Assembly (NCBI RefSeq): GCF_006345805.1
Contig: NW_021829625.1
Location: 1-35,568 of the forward strand
Direction of reading: 5' to 3'
Source of the DNA: Octopus sinensis
Taxonomy: Eukaryota
Length of the DNA: 35,568 nucleotides
The position numbers and the translations under genes were made by a program. This document shows, piece by piece, positions 23,657 through 33,816 of this stretch. Every line of letters starts with the position of its first letter. The stretch's first letter is position 1. The notes under the pieces were generated by a model. That model ran no database searches and was not told the origin of the DNA. It worked only from the letters and a program-made list of their open reading frames with translations.

Positions 23657-23857
23657 CTAATACTGGAATGACAGACACTCTCCTCATAGTCCACATTGTT
23701 GCAATCTCGTCTTTTACTAGTCTGTACTTTTCAACCTTTTCTTCTTCTTTGTCACTTATGCGTGCATCTCCAGGTATTGAAATATCTATGATCTTGGTTT
23801 CCTTTTTTCCTTAATCCACCACGACAATATTTGGTCTTCGAGCCTCGATTAGGGAGT
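23657..23857 (-). mobile_element. RLE-domain LINE fragment
   Basis: IEARRPNIVVVD*GKKETKIIDISIPGDARISDKEEEKVEKY..MWTMRRVSVIPV. Confidence 0.85.
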
Positions 23858-23865
23858 TATTATTA

Positions 23866-23914
<49 letters not shown>

Positions 23915-23917
<3 letters not shown>

Positions 23918-25410
23918 TGAGTGAGAGTGAAGAATTTAATCTGGAAGATTTGAGGGAGTTCAAGGAAATGCTTGAAAGCGGGGTGGAACGATATGAAGGT
24001 GTTCCACCCCCAAAACGTATCAAGGACAAGGAAGAAAGAACAATTGTATACAGAACTTCGCCACAGCAACTAGGAAAATTGAAGCGGTGTCGGAGGCACA
24101 GGTGGAAAAGGCACTGAGGTCAGTCTGGCAGGAGACAGCATACCTGGCCATGGGTCGAAAATATGGAACGGTGGAGGTGCAGTTAAGGTGATAGCAACTG
24201 CTAAATTATACTCAGCCGCACCGTTGAAAACGGTGAAGTAGTACTGCTACCCATGTACCATGGAGACTTACAAACAGGGTTGGGTGGAGGACATACCACG
24301 GAGGTAGGTAAATGTAGCCTGGCTGGTGGCTGCCATACTGTTGGGCATGGAGAAGGTGGTGGTCCTGCAGGCCACCTGAATGCCCCACAGGCATTGGGAA
24401 GGAGAAACCCATGAAATGGTGGCACAGGTCGCGGAGGAAGACTTGGAAAAAATGGTCGAAAATATCACAGTGGGAGAGTCGACTTTAAAGGTCAGAGAGG
24501 AAGGGAGAATCCCGCGATGTTATAAATGTAGCATGAAAGGCCACATTAGAGCGGAATGCCTTCCACCACTAGAAACGGACAAGAAGAGACAGAGGGGAAA
24601 AAGTGGTTGGTGTTACAGGTCCTGAAGAGGAAGAAGAAAGTGAGGTGGAACCATAGAAGAAGACAGGTACCAGCGTCGAGAAGGAGGAAAAATCGAACGC
24701 CAGTAGAGAAGAAGAGCAAGAAGAGGAGGAAAAAGACACACATGGTAAAAAATGACCCCAACCCACAATCATTCAGCCCTCAACCAAACCCACTCTACCC
24801 CAACCACTCCCTACAGATACCAACCCTCCCCATGCCCAGTCTGACATAAAAAACAATTGCAGACACACAAGAGCCTTAAAAGAGCCTTAAAAGTGCCCAC
24901 CCTGCCCTGTAATGAAAAATTCGTATTAATGTACAATGGACAGATTCAGGAACTGTATAACGAAGTAAATTCGTGGGACGGAATAGTGATGGTGGATATA
25001 ACAGGTGTAAGGGGTCTTCCTGAGAACGATTATTGTATGCCGACGGACCTGGATAACCTGTGGAACGTACATGGGTATATGGAAAACTGTGACTGTGAGT
25101 GGTGGTCCAAAAAGTGGACACCAGCACAATGCCGGAAAGATGAGGTACGTGGACATCAAAAAAAAATATAATGTAGACATTTTGGAGAAAGATCTGGATT
25201 AATTATTGTGTAAATAACTGTGTTCAAATTGTGTATCAAATTGGCTGCTGCAAAGGGTAATATAAATGGTGTTGCTACAAGTTCAATGAGGTCGCTCGGA
25301 GGTGGGGCCGACTGACTTCATTCCATCCTTCATTCCATTCGTTTTGTCTTTGTCCCCACCTTGTGCTGTTCCCTCTGTGTAAGGCCTTTATGGCCATTTC
25401 AAAAAAAAAG
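23915..25410 (+). mobile_element. degenerate ORF1-only non-LTR retroelement (CCHC knuckle), copy B
   Basis: RCYKCSMKGHIRAEC intact CX2CX4HX4C; homologous to copy A; shares GTCGCTCGGAGGT(T/G)GGGCC and a CCCTCT(G/A)TGT tail, then an A-run. Confidence 0.72.
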
Positions 25411-25411
25411 A

Positions 25412-25548
25412 AGCTTGCTTTCGAACCATACGGTTCTGGGTTCAGTTCCACTGCGTGGCTCCTTAGGCATGTGTTTTCTACTATAGCCTCGGGTACACCA
25501 AAGCCGTTTGTGTGGATTTGGCTGACGGAAAATAAAAGAAACCCGTCG
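25412..25548 (+). mobile_element. SINE family A, partial
   Basis: GGTTCAGTTCCACTGCGTGG..CTACTATAGCCTCGGG..GAAACCCGTCG. Confidence 0.8.
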
Positions 25549-25654
25549 TATATATATATATATATATATATATATTGATAAAACGGTAAGATAACAAAAG
25601 AAAGAAAGAGACCTCAATATTATGTAAATAGAGGAAATTTATCTATACAATATG

Positions 25655-25736
25655 TTACATTACTCAGTAGACAAGATAAAACTCTGAGTTTCAGATGCCG
25701 AAGTGGAAATCCACAACACCATCTCTTCGGTTATCT
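25655..25736 (-). ncRNA. hammerhead-like motif in the Penelope pLTR (core U4>C)
   Basis: Minus strand: GATAA CCGAAGA GATG..GTGGA TT TCCAC..CATC T GAAAC TCAG..CTGA GTA. Stem III is fully paired; stem I is degraded. Confidence 0.5.
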
Positions 25737-25928
25737 GGGTATTTGAAAACGTTATGAAAAAATACCGTTAAATAAAGGGAAATTACTCTGTTATAACTCT
25801 GCTTGCCTGTGTACTTATACATCGCTCGCATTTTTCGTCATGAAAATTATATAAAAATACATAAAAAATATATAAAAATATATAAAAATATATAAATTCT
25901 TCTCTGGACATAACATAGAAAGCATGTT

Positions 25929-26487
25929 CTATCTGTTTTCTTTAGGGGACCAAAAACGTAACAGAAATTTAGTCACATGTGGGCATGATCCGAAAAGCTC
26001 TGTCCTTGTATTTAGACATGTAGTAGGGTCTAAGCTGCTTTTCCAGATAAGCCATCTCTCCATGTCGCATAGACCGCACCTTCCGCTGCCGTTAGTATAG
26101 GGCTTACATCTGGCCAAAATCTTCCATTGTATGTTATAATCGACACCTTTATCTCTTAAAGACCAAATATGATTAGATAATTGTGTGGCTTTCCTTTTGT
26201 TCCAGTGCCTAAATCTCAGAGTGTGGTTATTGAACCTGGCCTTGAAATTACCCTCTGTAAGGCCCACGTATTTCTTCGTCGAAACGGTGTCTTTAGTGGT
26301 TATAGAGTTTACGGTAGCTTCATATATGATGGTCTTGGACATGCAAGCTCCATTTAGCGGGCACAATTCTTTATTCCTGCATGAACAGCTGTTTTCTTCT
26401 TGTGTTTTTTGTATGTTATGTTTGATTATGTTTTTAAATTTGGTAGTTGAACTAAAACTAATTTTTAAATTGTGTCTATTGAAGAGT
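25929..26487 (-). CDS. Penelope-like GIY-YIG endonuclease domain (5'-truncated, no start codon)
   Basis: LFNRHNLKISFSSTT..CSCRNKELCPLNGAC..IIYEATV..KYVGLTEGNFKARFNNH..TQLSNHIW..WKIL..CGLC..E..LNTRTE..CPH; open to the stop at 25929. Confidence 0.88.
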
Positions 26488-28076
26488 ATTCAAAAATTCA
26501 GTTAAAAATATTAGTAAGAGGATTTCTAGCCTCTCATCTGATGAGGACATCTTCAATAGCGTTGCCCCAGTTTATAATAAGGCTTTAAAAGATAGTGGTT
26601 TTAGCGAAAAAATAAAATATACACCTATCACTAGCCCAACAGTAAGGAAAAGGAATAATAGAAATAGGAAGGTCATCTGGTTTACGCCCCCTTACTCACC
26701 CGAGGTGGCCTTCAATATAGGTAAATATTTCCTAGCACTGATAGATAGACATTTTCCAGTTAACCATACTTATAGGAAACTCTTCAATAGACACAATTTA
26801 AAAATTAGTTTTAGTTCAACTACCATAGAAATTAGTGTTATATTTACTGTGTTACTCAGACACGTGAGCTTTGTATACATTGTATCAGGCATGTATAGGA
26901 GATACAGCCAATGTGAGAATATCATATGAATCACAACCACTTGGAATTAGGTTTAAAGCATTAATTCACTCCTCTAAATATATTCACCTGGCATTACTAT
27001 CTATCTTCACATGTTACCTTTTTTGTAATTCTAACAACTGGAGAGTAATAGTTAGAATCGTTATCATTATATATCAATATAAGAGTAAGTTTTGAATATT
27101 TCATTTCTGGAGGCCAAACACTTAACTTCAGAAACTTTTAAAACAAAACTGCTGTCCTAGGTCCAGTGAAGACCATGTTTGGGAGTATGGAAGCTGAAAG
27201 TCGATCAGCTACTCACAGTTCTTTGCCAAGAAAGGAAACCAGGAATTGGCACTTCAACCCTTGCAGATTATGAAAGTTGGGAAAAAGTGAGAAAGTGGAT
27301 ATTCACGAGGATATTCTTGGAGTCAATGTGGGGGTCAGCAATTCAGGAGGATTATCAGACAAGAGACTACGGGCAACCTCTGCAAATTCCAATCCTAGAA
27401 GAGCTAACGGAGTGGAAGGGGAGTCCTAATTCGCAATCAATACGGCAGGTACGCCAGCACCGTCAACCGAAGTCTCTCCGACACTTGTATAGATCGGTAA
27501 AACCATTTTGAACGTTTCGTTCATTTTCGAACCTTGCTGACATGTAGTGCCCTGTTATCCCTTGTGTCTATTGTAAGATCTTCCTGCTGTCCTCTTTTGA
27601 CCGGGAATGGCAAATCTTGTTCCTTTTTGAAATGGTGGACAAACTGAAATGATTGAATGTAGACACTTGAGCGCTCATGTTGAACATCATCTTTTCCAAG
27701 TTCCTCTTGAAATGGCCTGTATGAATTGATATAATTTCAACATGCACCCGTGGGTCGGAAAACACATTGGTAAAGATAATCTTGGATTTGCTAGTTCCCT
27801 GTTTGTCTCCTGGTATCTGTTCCTTTTATTATTTTTCCATACATATTTCTAATTTTCATAATAATTCAGTGAAAATCCCCAACTTTTTCAGTAATTTGAC
27901 CCTGTATCGACCTGATTATCCGTCATTACTTTGGCAAATACAGGAATTTATTATTTTTAAATGCTGATAATCATTTTGTTCGGTGCAGCAACGAATTGTC
28001 CTGCACGCCGTGGCAACATTTGCAAAATATTAATCACAACAATAAAACGAGAGTTTGTATGAAGTTCATAACTCAC

Positions 28077-28179
28077 CATAAAAATCATCGACTTCTTTCT
28101 GTAACTTCTTTTGTATATTTGGATAAGCGGCTATGAAGTATAATGTCCAGCTAATTCCTGCAGCCGTTGTATCATGACC
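28077..28179 (-). CDS. CYP4: cytochrome P450 family 4, gene copy A, exon 8-equivalent (I-helix second half)
   Basis: CCAG acceptor and GTGAGT donor; 103 nt; GHDTTAAGISWTLYFIAAYPNIQKKLQKEVDDFY(G). Confidence 0.95.
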
Positions 28180-28654
28180 CTGGAGGAACAGCGTAAACAT
28201 TTCATTTTAATGGATACTGAACAGTTACATGATAACTCGGAAAGTCAGATGCTATATTTCGGAATTATGCAACATTTAGCATAACTACGCACATCCTAAT
28301 TAGGCTTACAAAATGAAAAGTAATATAATATGCATTTAGACTAATTCAATAGAGACAGTTCAGCAAACATTTGGGTAATTAAATGTGGTTGAAAGGTTTA
28401 CAGTGCAGTGTTTTTCACGTTGTACTTATTAAATGTGGACACATACACCGGAAAATTCAATAACTATTGGCTTCAGATTTTAGCAGCCTGGGGGAAATTC
28501 GATTGCATCAATCTCAGTGCTCAAATGGTACCTATTTAATCGATCCCGACTCGATGAAAAAGTTGACCACGATGGATTTTGAACTCAGAACGCCTCGACG
28601 TAAAAAATGGCGTGCTAACGATTCTGCCAGTTCACCTTTCTTAAATGCAGTGTT

Positions 28655-28890
28655 TTCTTATCTTATTTCTTTATTGCCCGCAAGGGGCTAAACATAGAGG
28701 GGACAAACAAGGACAGACAAAAGGATTAAGTCGATTACATCGACCCCAGTGCGTAACTGGTACTTAATCTATCGACGCCGAAAGGATGAAAGGCAAAGTC
28801 GACCTCGGCGGAATTTGAACTCACAACGTAACGGCAGATAAAATACCGCAAGGTATTTCGCCCGGCGTGCTAACGATTCTGCCAGCTCGC
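28655..28890 (-). mobile_element. SINE family B, near full-length (a degenerate copy is adjacent at ~28480-28635)
   Basis: Reverse complement aligns to 13746-13980. Confidence 0.87.
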
Positions 28891-30164
28891 AATGTTTTCT
28901 TATCTGCAGAAAGTAAGGTACAACAGTTATTAGATTTGTTTTTCAAGTCTGACGGTAAAAATAAAAATTGTGTTTTTGAATGTAGACAGTAGAGAACTGT
29001 TCACATTATACGTATTAACTGTTGATAAAGCAATCCTGTAAACATAATATTTATTAAATATCTATTAAATATAGGCGCAATCACAACTTTGTGGTCAACA
29101 AGCTCGTTTTGTTACTTCCTGGTTTCAAGTTCAGTATTACAGCACGGAACTTTGGGTAAGTATTTTCTGCCATAACTCCAGACCAATCAATGCCTTGTAG
29201 ACAGCAATTGTGTGGATGTCCGTCGCAGACATGCACATGTGTGCCCGTGCGTTTGAGTTTGGTCCCATAGCTTGACAAGTGGTGTTGGTTTGTTTAAATA
29301 ACCATAATAACTTAGCGATTCGGCGAAAGAGACCTTTATCATTATTATTATTGTTATTAGGCGGCATGCTGACAGAATCATAAATGCGTCAGGCAAAATG
29401 GTAATTTCTTCTTGCTATTCACATTCCAAACTCAAATTACGCCAAGATCCACTTTGCCTCTCAGAGTCGATAAAACAAGTACTAATTGAGCACTAGGGTC
29501 GATTTAAAACTGTTGGCCTTCAAAACTGTTGACCTTGTGTCTAAATATGAGACACTTATTATTTGCATACATTAAAAGTATCTAATGTGTTTTCTTAATC
29601 CAGTAGGAATCACTCGTAATTGATGCCTCAGTATAAAGAATGTTCTAATCCAATTGAAACACGCAGGTGAGACACAAATCGCTCTTATGCAAAGATCCAT
29701 AACGATATCAAAACTGCAAATAAAACCAGAGATCGATGAATTTAATGGCTGTCTTCACCGGCAAAATTCAGTGCGTATACCTCACTGAGATGTGAGAACT
29801 GACGTTTCGAAGAAAACCGTCGTTTGGAAAACATTTTTGTTAATGTAGGATTAAAGTAACCGTTAGAATACATGTTTGAAAAAAGTGTGAGAGGGGGAAA
29901 ACGTTAGCATGAAGAGTCAGGGAAGGCGACAGTAATTCGGACGTTTGCTTGTATCAGGTTGGAAAGAATTCCCTGTTACATTTTTGACCTGATCACTCAG
30001 GGTATTTTTTCAATATATATGATAAAATGGGCATTAAGTTTTACATCAATGCTTCTCTCTTTGTAGATTGAGGCTAAATGCATATTGATTTTAACCTTTT
30101 AAAAGTGAGTTTAGATCAGAGCCATATCAGACACTGCACGTTGTGTGACTGCAAAAGGGGCTCT

Positions 30165-30300
30165 TAAGTAATAGAAGCTGCAAGAAATATTCGTCCTGTC
30201 TGTGGCAATGAAGTGCCTGGATATGCCAGACATGGCTTGGCCAGATTCACTCGGGGGGTATTTCTCTAGCGCTGGACGACCAAGTTCTGTCTAACGACCA
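30165..30300 (+). mobile_element. possible mariner HTH remnant
   Basis: IEAARNI...LARF..G.FL..GRP-like degenerate translation. Confidence 0.4.
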
Positions 30301-30384
30301 ACAATTTACCGAATAGATAGGAGTGTGTTGTCAATAATCCTTTCTACTATAGGCACAAGGCCTGAAATTTAGTGTTTGGGTTTG

Positions 30385-30525
30385 GGGTGGGGGCTTGTCG
30401 ATTATATCGACCCTAGTACTTCACTGGTACTTATTTCCTCGACCCCGAAAAGATGAAAGGCAAGTTGACTTCAGCAGAATTTATACTCAGAACATAAAGA
30501 CGGACGAAATACTGCCAAGCATCTT
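30385..30525 (-). mobile_element. degenerate SINE family B
   Basis: GTCGATTATATCGACCC..GACCCCGAAAAGATGAAAGGCAAG..ACTCAGAAC. Confidence 0.7.
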
Positions 30526-31106
30526 GGCATAAGGTCGCTGCCTTATGAAGGGAAATGTCTTAATTAAATATGTCAATTAAGATCAAAGAGCCATTTGCTT
30601 CTCTTCCATCGTGAAAGGCAACGGGTCTTGGTATATATGGCTGATGGTCAGAAACCCCTTACTATAGCAATCGGACAATAACGAGAAGAGATAAGAGGTT
30701 TTTATGCTTTGCCGTATTCTCACAAAATTATTCTCTGATATGTGAGTTCCTGTCATGTTAATATGTTTGTCTTTGTATATGATGTGACGATTTCTTTGTT
30801 CTTTAAACTATCACTAGAACGGAATGATTTTGTTGTAAGTTTATCAGAATTACTGATAAATATACTCCAGTTAAATTGACAAAAGATTTTAATACAATAA
30901 TAAATTCAATATATGAATTATTACGGACATATTTCAAACCGTAGTGTGATAAACAAATGATTGTGCCTCCATACATTTGGTCGGCCTGATACTTATACTT
31001 AGATTAAGGATAATAACGATCTTATCTACCTGGACATTGATATATGTAAATACAGACATAATGTATACTGAATTGTCGGTGACAGATTCCACTTATAAAC
31101 TGAAGT

Positions 31107-31503
31107 TAGTGGCTGTGTGGTAAGTAGCTTGTTTACCAACCACATGGTTCCGGGTTCAGTTCCACTGCGTGGCACCTTGGGCAAGTCTCTTCCACTATAG
31201 CCTCGGACCGACCAAAGCCTTGTGAGTGGATTTGGTAGACGGAAACTGAAAGAAGCCCGCCGTATATATGTATATATATACATGTGTGTGTGTTTGTGTG
31301 TCTGTGTTTGTCCCCTTAGCATTGCTTGACAACCGATGCTGGTGTGTTTACGTCCCAGTCACATAGCGGTTCGGCAAAAGAGACCGATAGAATAAGTACT
31401 GGGCTTACAAAGGAATAAGTCCCGGGGTCGAGTTGCTCGATTAAAGGCGGTGCTCCAGCATGGCCGCAGTCAAATGACTGAACCAATTAAAAGAGTAAAA
31501 GAG
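31107..31503 (+). mobile_element. tRNA-derived SINE family A, full length
   Basis: A-box TGGCTGTGTGG, B-box-like GGTTCAGTTCC, GGCACCTTGGGCAAG domain, internal (TG)n, tail AAAAGAGTAAAAGAG. Confidence 0.88.
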
Positions 31504-31568
31504 ATTTATAGCCTTGAAAACTTTCAGATAGCATTTTAATGAATATCAATGTATATCAATAAACTCAC

Positions 31569-31745
31569 CTCGAACATAAATGTGTCTACTTCTTCTCTCA
31601 ATGACTTTTTGTCTATTTCCCCTTTGTGTAAATGATCAAGGAGCGTATCTAAAAAAGCCATTTTCTTTCTCTGTGTGTCTCCCTCTTCATTATCAGTTTT
31701 TTCCTTCGAGTCTTTTAGATAGAGTGCACTGCGTTCTTCAATCAC
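31569..31745 (-). CDS. CYP4: cytochrome P450 family 4, gene copy A, exon 7-equivalent
   Basis: TATAG acceptor and GTGAGT donor; 177 nt; VIEERS..RKKMAFLDTLL..LREEVDTFMFE. Splices in phase 0 to GHDTT to give the CYP4 signature EVDTFMFEGHDTT. Confidence 0.95.
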
Positions 31746-31825
31746 CTATAACAATTGAAACAAATTGGGACAATGATGAATAAATAGCAAAGAGAAAATT
31801 AAAGATGCACAGGCGTATGTATGTT

Positions 31826-32373
31826 TCGTCGTCGTCGTCGTCGGCGGCGGCATCTGTCCGTCTCGAGAGACGATGGTGTAGCTCGGAAAAGGAGGTGGGT
31901 TTATCTGCACTTCCTGGTGTGGCTGTGCAGACCAATCATCGAGTGGCAGTCTCTACCACATCTGGTGCAAGTGAAAGGGAATGAGAGCTGAGCTTATCAC
32001 CGGTAACTGTCCCTTCTCGTGTTGTGTCAGGATCTTACGATACTGTCCTCTTCGTTGAGCTACAAGGCCTGGGCAGGTTTATATGAGGGATCAGCTGTTG
32101 CCCATGCAGTTTGATCCCCTCCTCTCCACGCAGCTGGTAGCTCCAAGGGAACGACGGAACGATACAGCTTGGTACCAGATGCGTCGCAGGAGTTGCCGGT
32201 GATGGCGTGTTGTGTCAGGCCGCCTTAGGGACTCCGGCTCCGGATTTTCTGTCGGGGTTTACTCCTTAGTCTTCCACAGTAGGGGGTTCTGCCGCAAGGC
32301 AGCGAAGGTTTGAAATCGGAGTTTCCCTCTCCTAGTTGGGCTGCCAGCCAAGCTATCGAGTCCCAACTACCCG
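31826..32373 (-). mobile_element. internally deleted (bipartite) RTE-clade retroelement
   Basis: The minus-strand 3' end encodes FTCTRCGRDCHSMIGLHSHTRKCR* (31901-31975), followed by CCATCGTCTCTCGAGACGG and a (GAC)n tail. The 5' part resembles RTE 5' UTRs as I recall them; not verified. Confidence 0.7.
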
Positions 32374-32727
32374 AGCATGTTTAGGGTTATGTTTACTTGA
32401 CGACCGTGTATTTCAGGATCGATCCCACTGCACGACAGTTTGGGTAAGTGTCTTCTTTTCTAAGTTTAACAAATTGTGTGGAATACTGTCGTTTATATCT
32501 GTGAATGACAGATTTGCTTTTCGTAGCTGACGATGCGAAAGGGAACAGAAACCCTAGCCCCCTACGATCAAGTGGCGTCATTTACAACCCAGTGTCTGAA
32601 CATAGATCTTGGAGAAGAAATATCTTCCGGGATTATTTCCGCAGCGGAAGGTTTGCTCACATCCGTTGAATGTACTTGAATGTGTTGAATATGATTCTAC
32701 AAGAATAAATTTTATTGAACGCTGTCA

Positions 32728-32762
<35 letters not shown>

Positions 32763-33139
32763 CTCTCTCTCTCATACGCACGCACACACTCTCTCTCTCT
32801 TTCTTTCTCTCTCTCTCTCTCTCATACGCACGCACACACTCTCTCTCTCTTTCTTTCTCTCTCTTTCTCTCATACGCACGCACACACACACGCACACACA
32901 ACTTTCAATCGCGGCAGAACTTATTGTTCTGCCGATTGAAAGTTACGTGTGTGTGTGTACACTTAATGTAGTTCTCAGGGAGATTTAATATGATACAGGA
33001 CAAAGCTGGACCTTTAAAATGCAGGTGTAATTTATTTTTGCCAGCTGACTAGATTGGAGCGACATATCAATTTTGAAAACAAATTCAGTTTGAAAACAAA
33101 TTATATTTTCTTAAACATTCTCTAGATTAGTGCTATGTG

Positions 33140-33262
33140 CAAAACCAACTATATGACGCCCTAGGCATAACACCATCAGGAACTTCTAACTTATTGTCTC
33201 TTGAGGTCTCTGGGTGAGACTTGGAGCCAACTTGTACAAATACAAAAGCAAAATTCAAGCGT
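33140..33262 (+). mobile_element. LINE 3' end with (ATG)n/(AAT)n tail
   Basis: TTGTCTCTTGAGGTCTCTGGGTGAGACTTGGAGCC followed by a simple-repeat tail; family uncertain. Confidence 0.5.
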
Positions 33263-33283
33263 ATGATGATGATGATGATGATG

Positions 33284-33334
<51 letters not shown>

Positions 33335-33350
33335 GTAATAATAATAATAT

Positions 33351-33748
33351 AATGGAAACTAGACATAGTGTTAATTGAGAAAAAAGCAAACGATGCTGGA
33401 TCAAAGATGTAGCATACCCAGCTCTCAATAAAGTATACGATAAGGAAGAAAGAGAAGTCGATAGATATAACAGGTTAGCTTGGGAGGTTAAGCAGTTGTG
33501 GTCGATGAAAAAGTGGTAGTAGTACCAATAATTGTCAGAGCCCTGGGAACAGTGAGTAAAAATCTTGAGAAGAACACAGAACAAATAGCGGCTGCAATAA
33601 GGTTGGAGCACTTGCAGAAAACAGCGCTGCTTGGAACCACTCGAATACTCCGGATGGAGCTCGAAAAATAAGGGGTGTTACCTTAGTTCACTGGAAGTGA
33701 ACAGCTGACAGCGTAGTATATCTCCAACGTTAGAAGCTGTGCAAGGAC
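33351..33748 (+). mobile_element. 5'-truncated RLE-type LINE 3' end, copy 1
   Basis: KLDIVLI..DVAYP..VVVPIIVRALGTV..LQKTALLGTTRILR; (AAT)n tail. Confidence 0.85.
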
Positions 33749-33759
33749 AATAATAATAA

Positions 33760-33793
<34 letters not shown>

Positions 33794-33816
33794 TAATAAT
33801 AGTAATAATAATAATT

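Larger units (their letters stand above)
25575..26825 (-). mobile_element. 5'-truncated Penelope-like element (Naiad-type GIY-YIG) with a 5' inversion
   Basis: The minus-strand endonuclease and pLTR occupy 25575-26487. The plus strand 26488-26825 encodes the upstream thumb/linker (RISSLSSDEDIF..RKVIWFTPPYS..NIGKYFLALIDRHFP). A 47-bp inverted duplication joins the two parts. Confidence 0.88.

Noticed and set aside
25929-26400. Selenocysteine recoding, as reported for some Naiad PLEs
   Set aside because: The conserved cysteines here are TGT or TGC; there is no in-frame TGA.
26538-26545. CTGATGAG hammerhead core
   Set aside because: It lies inside PLE coding sequence (SSDED), with no suitably placed GAAAC or stems.
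27150-27180. Minus-strand FTGPR as a P450 heme motif
   Set aside because: No following xCIG, no upstream PERF, and no suitable splice sites.
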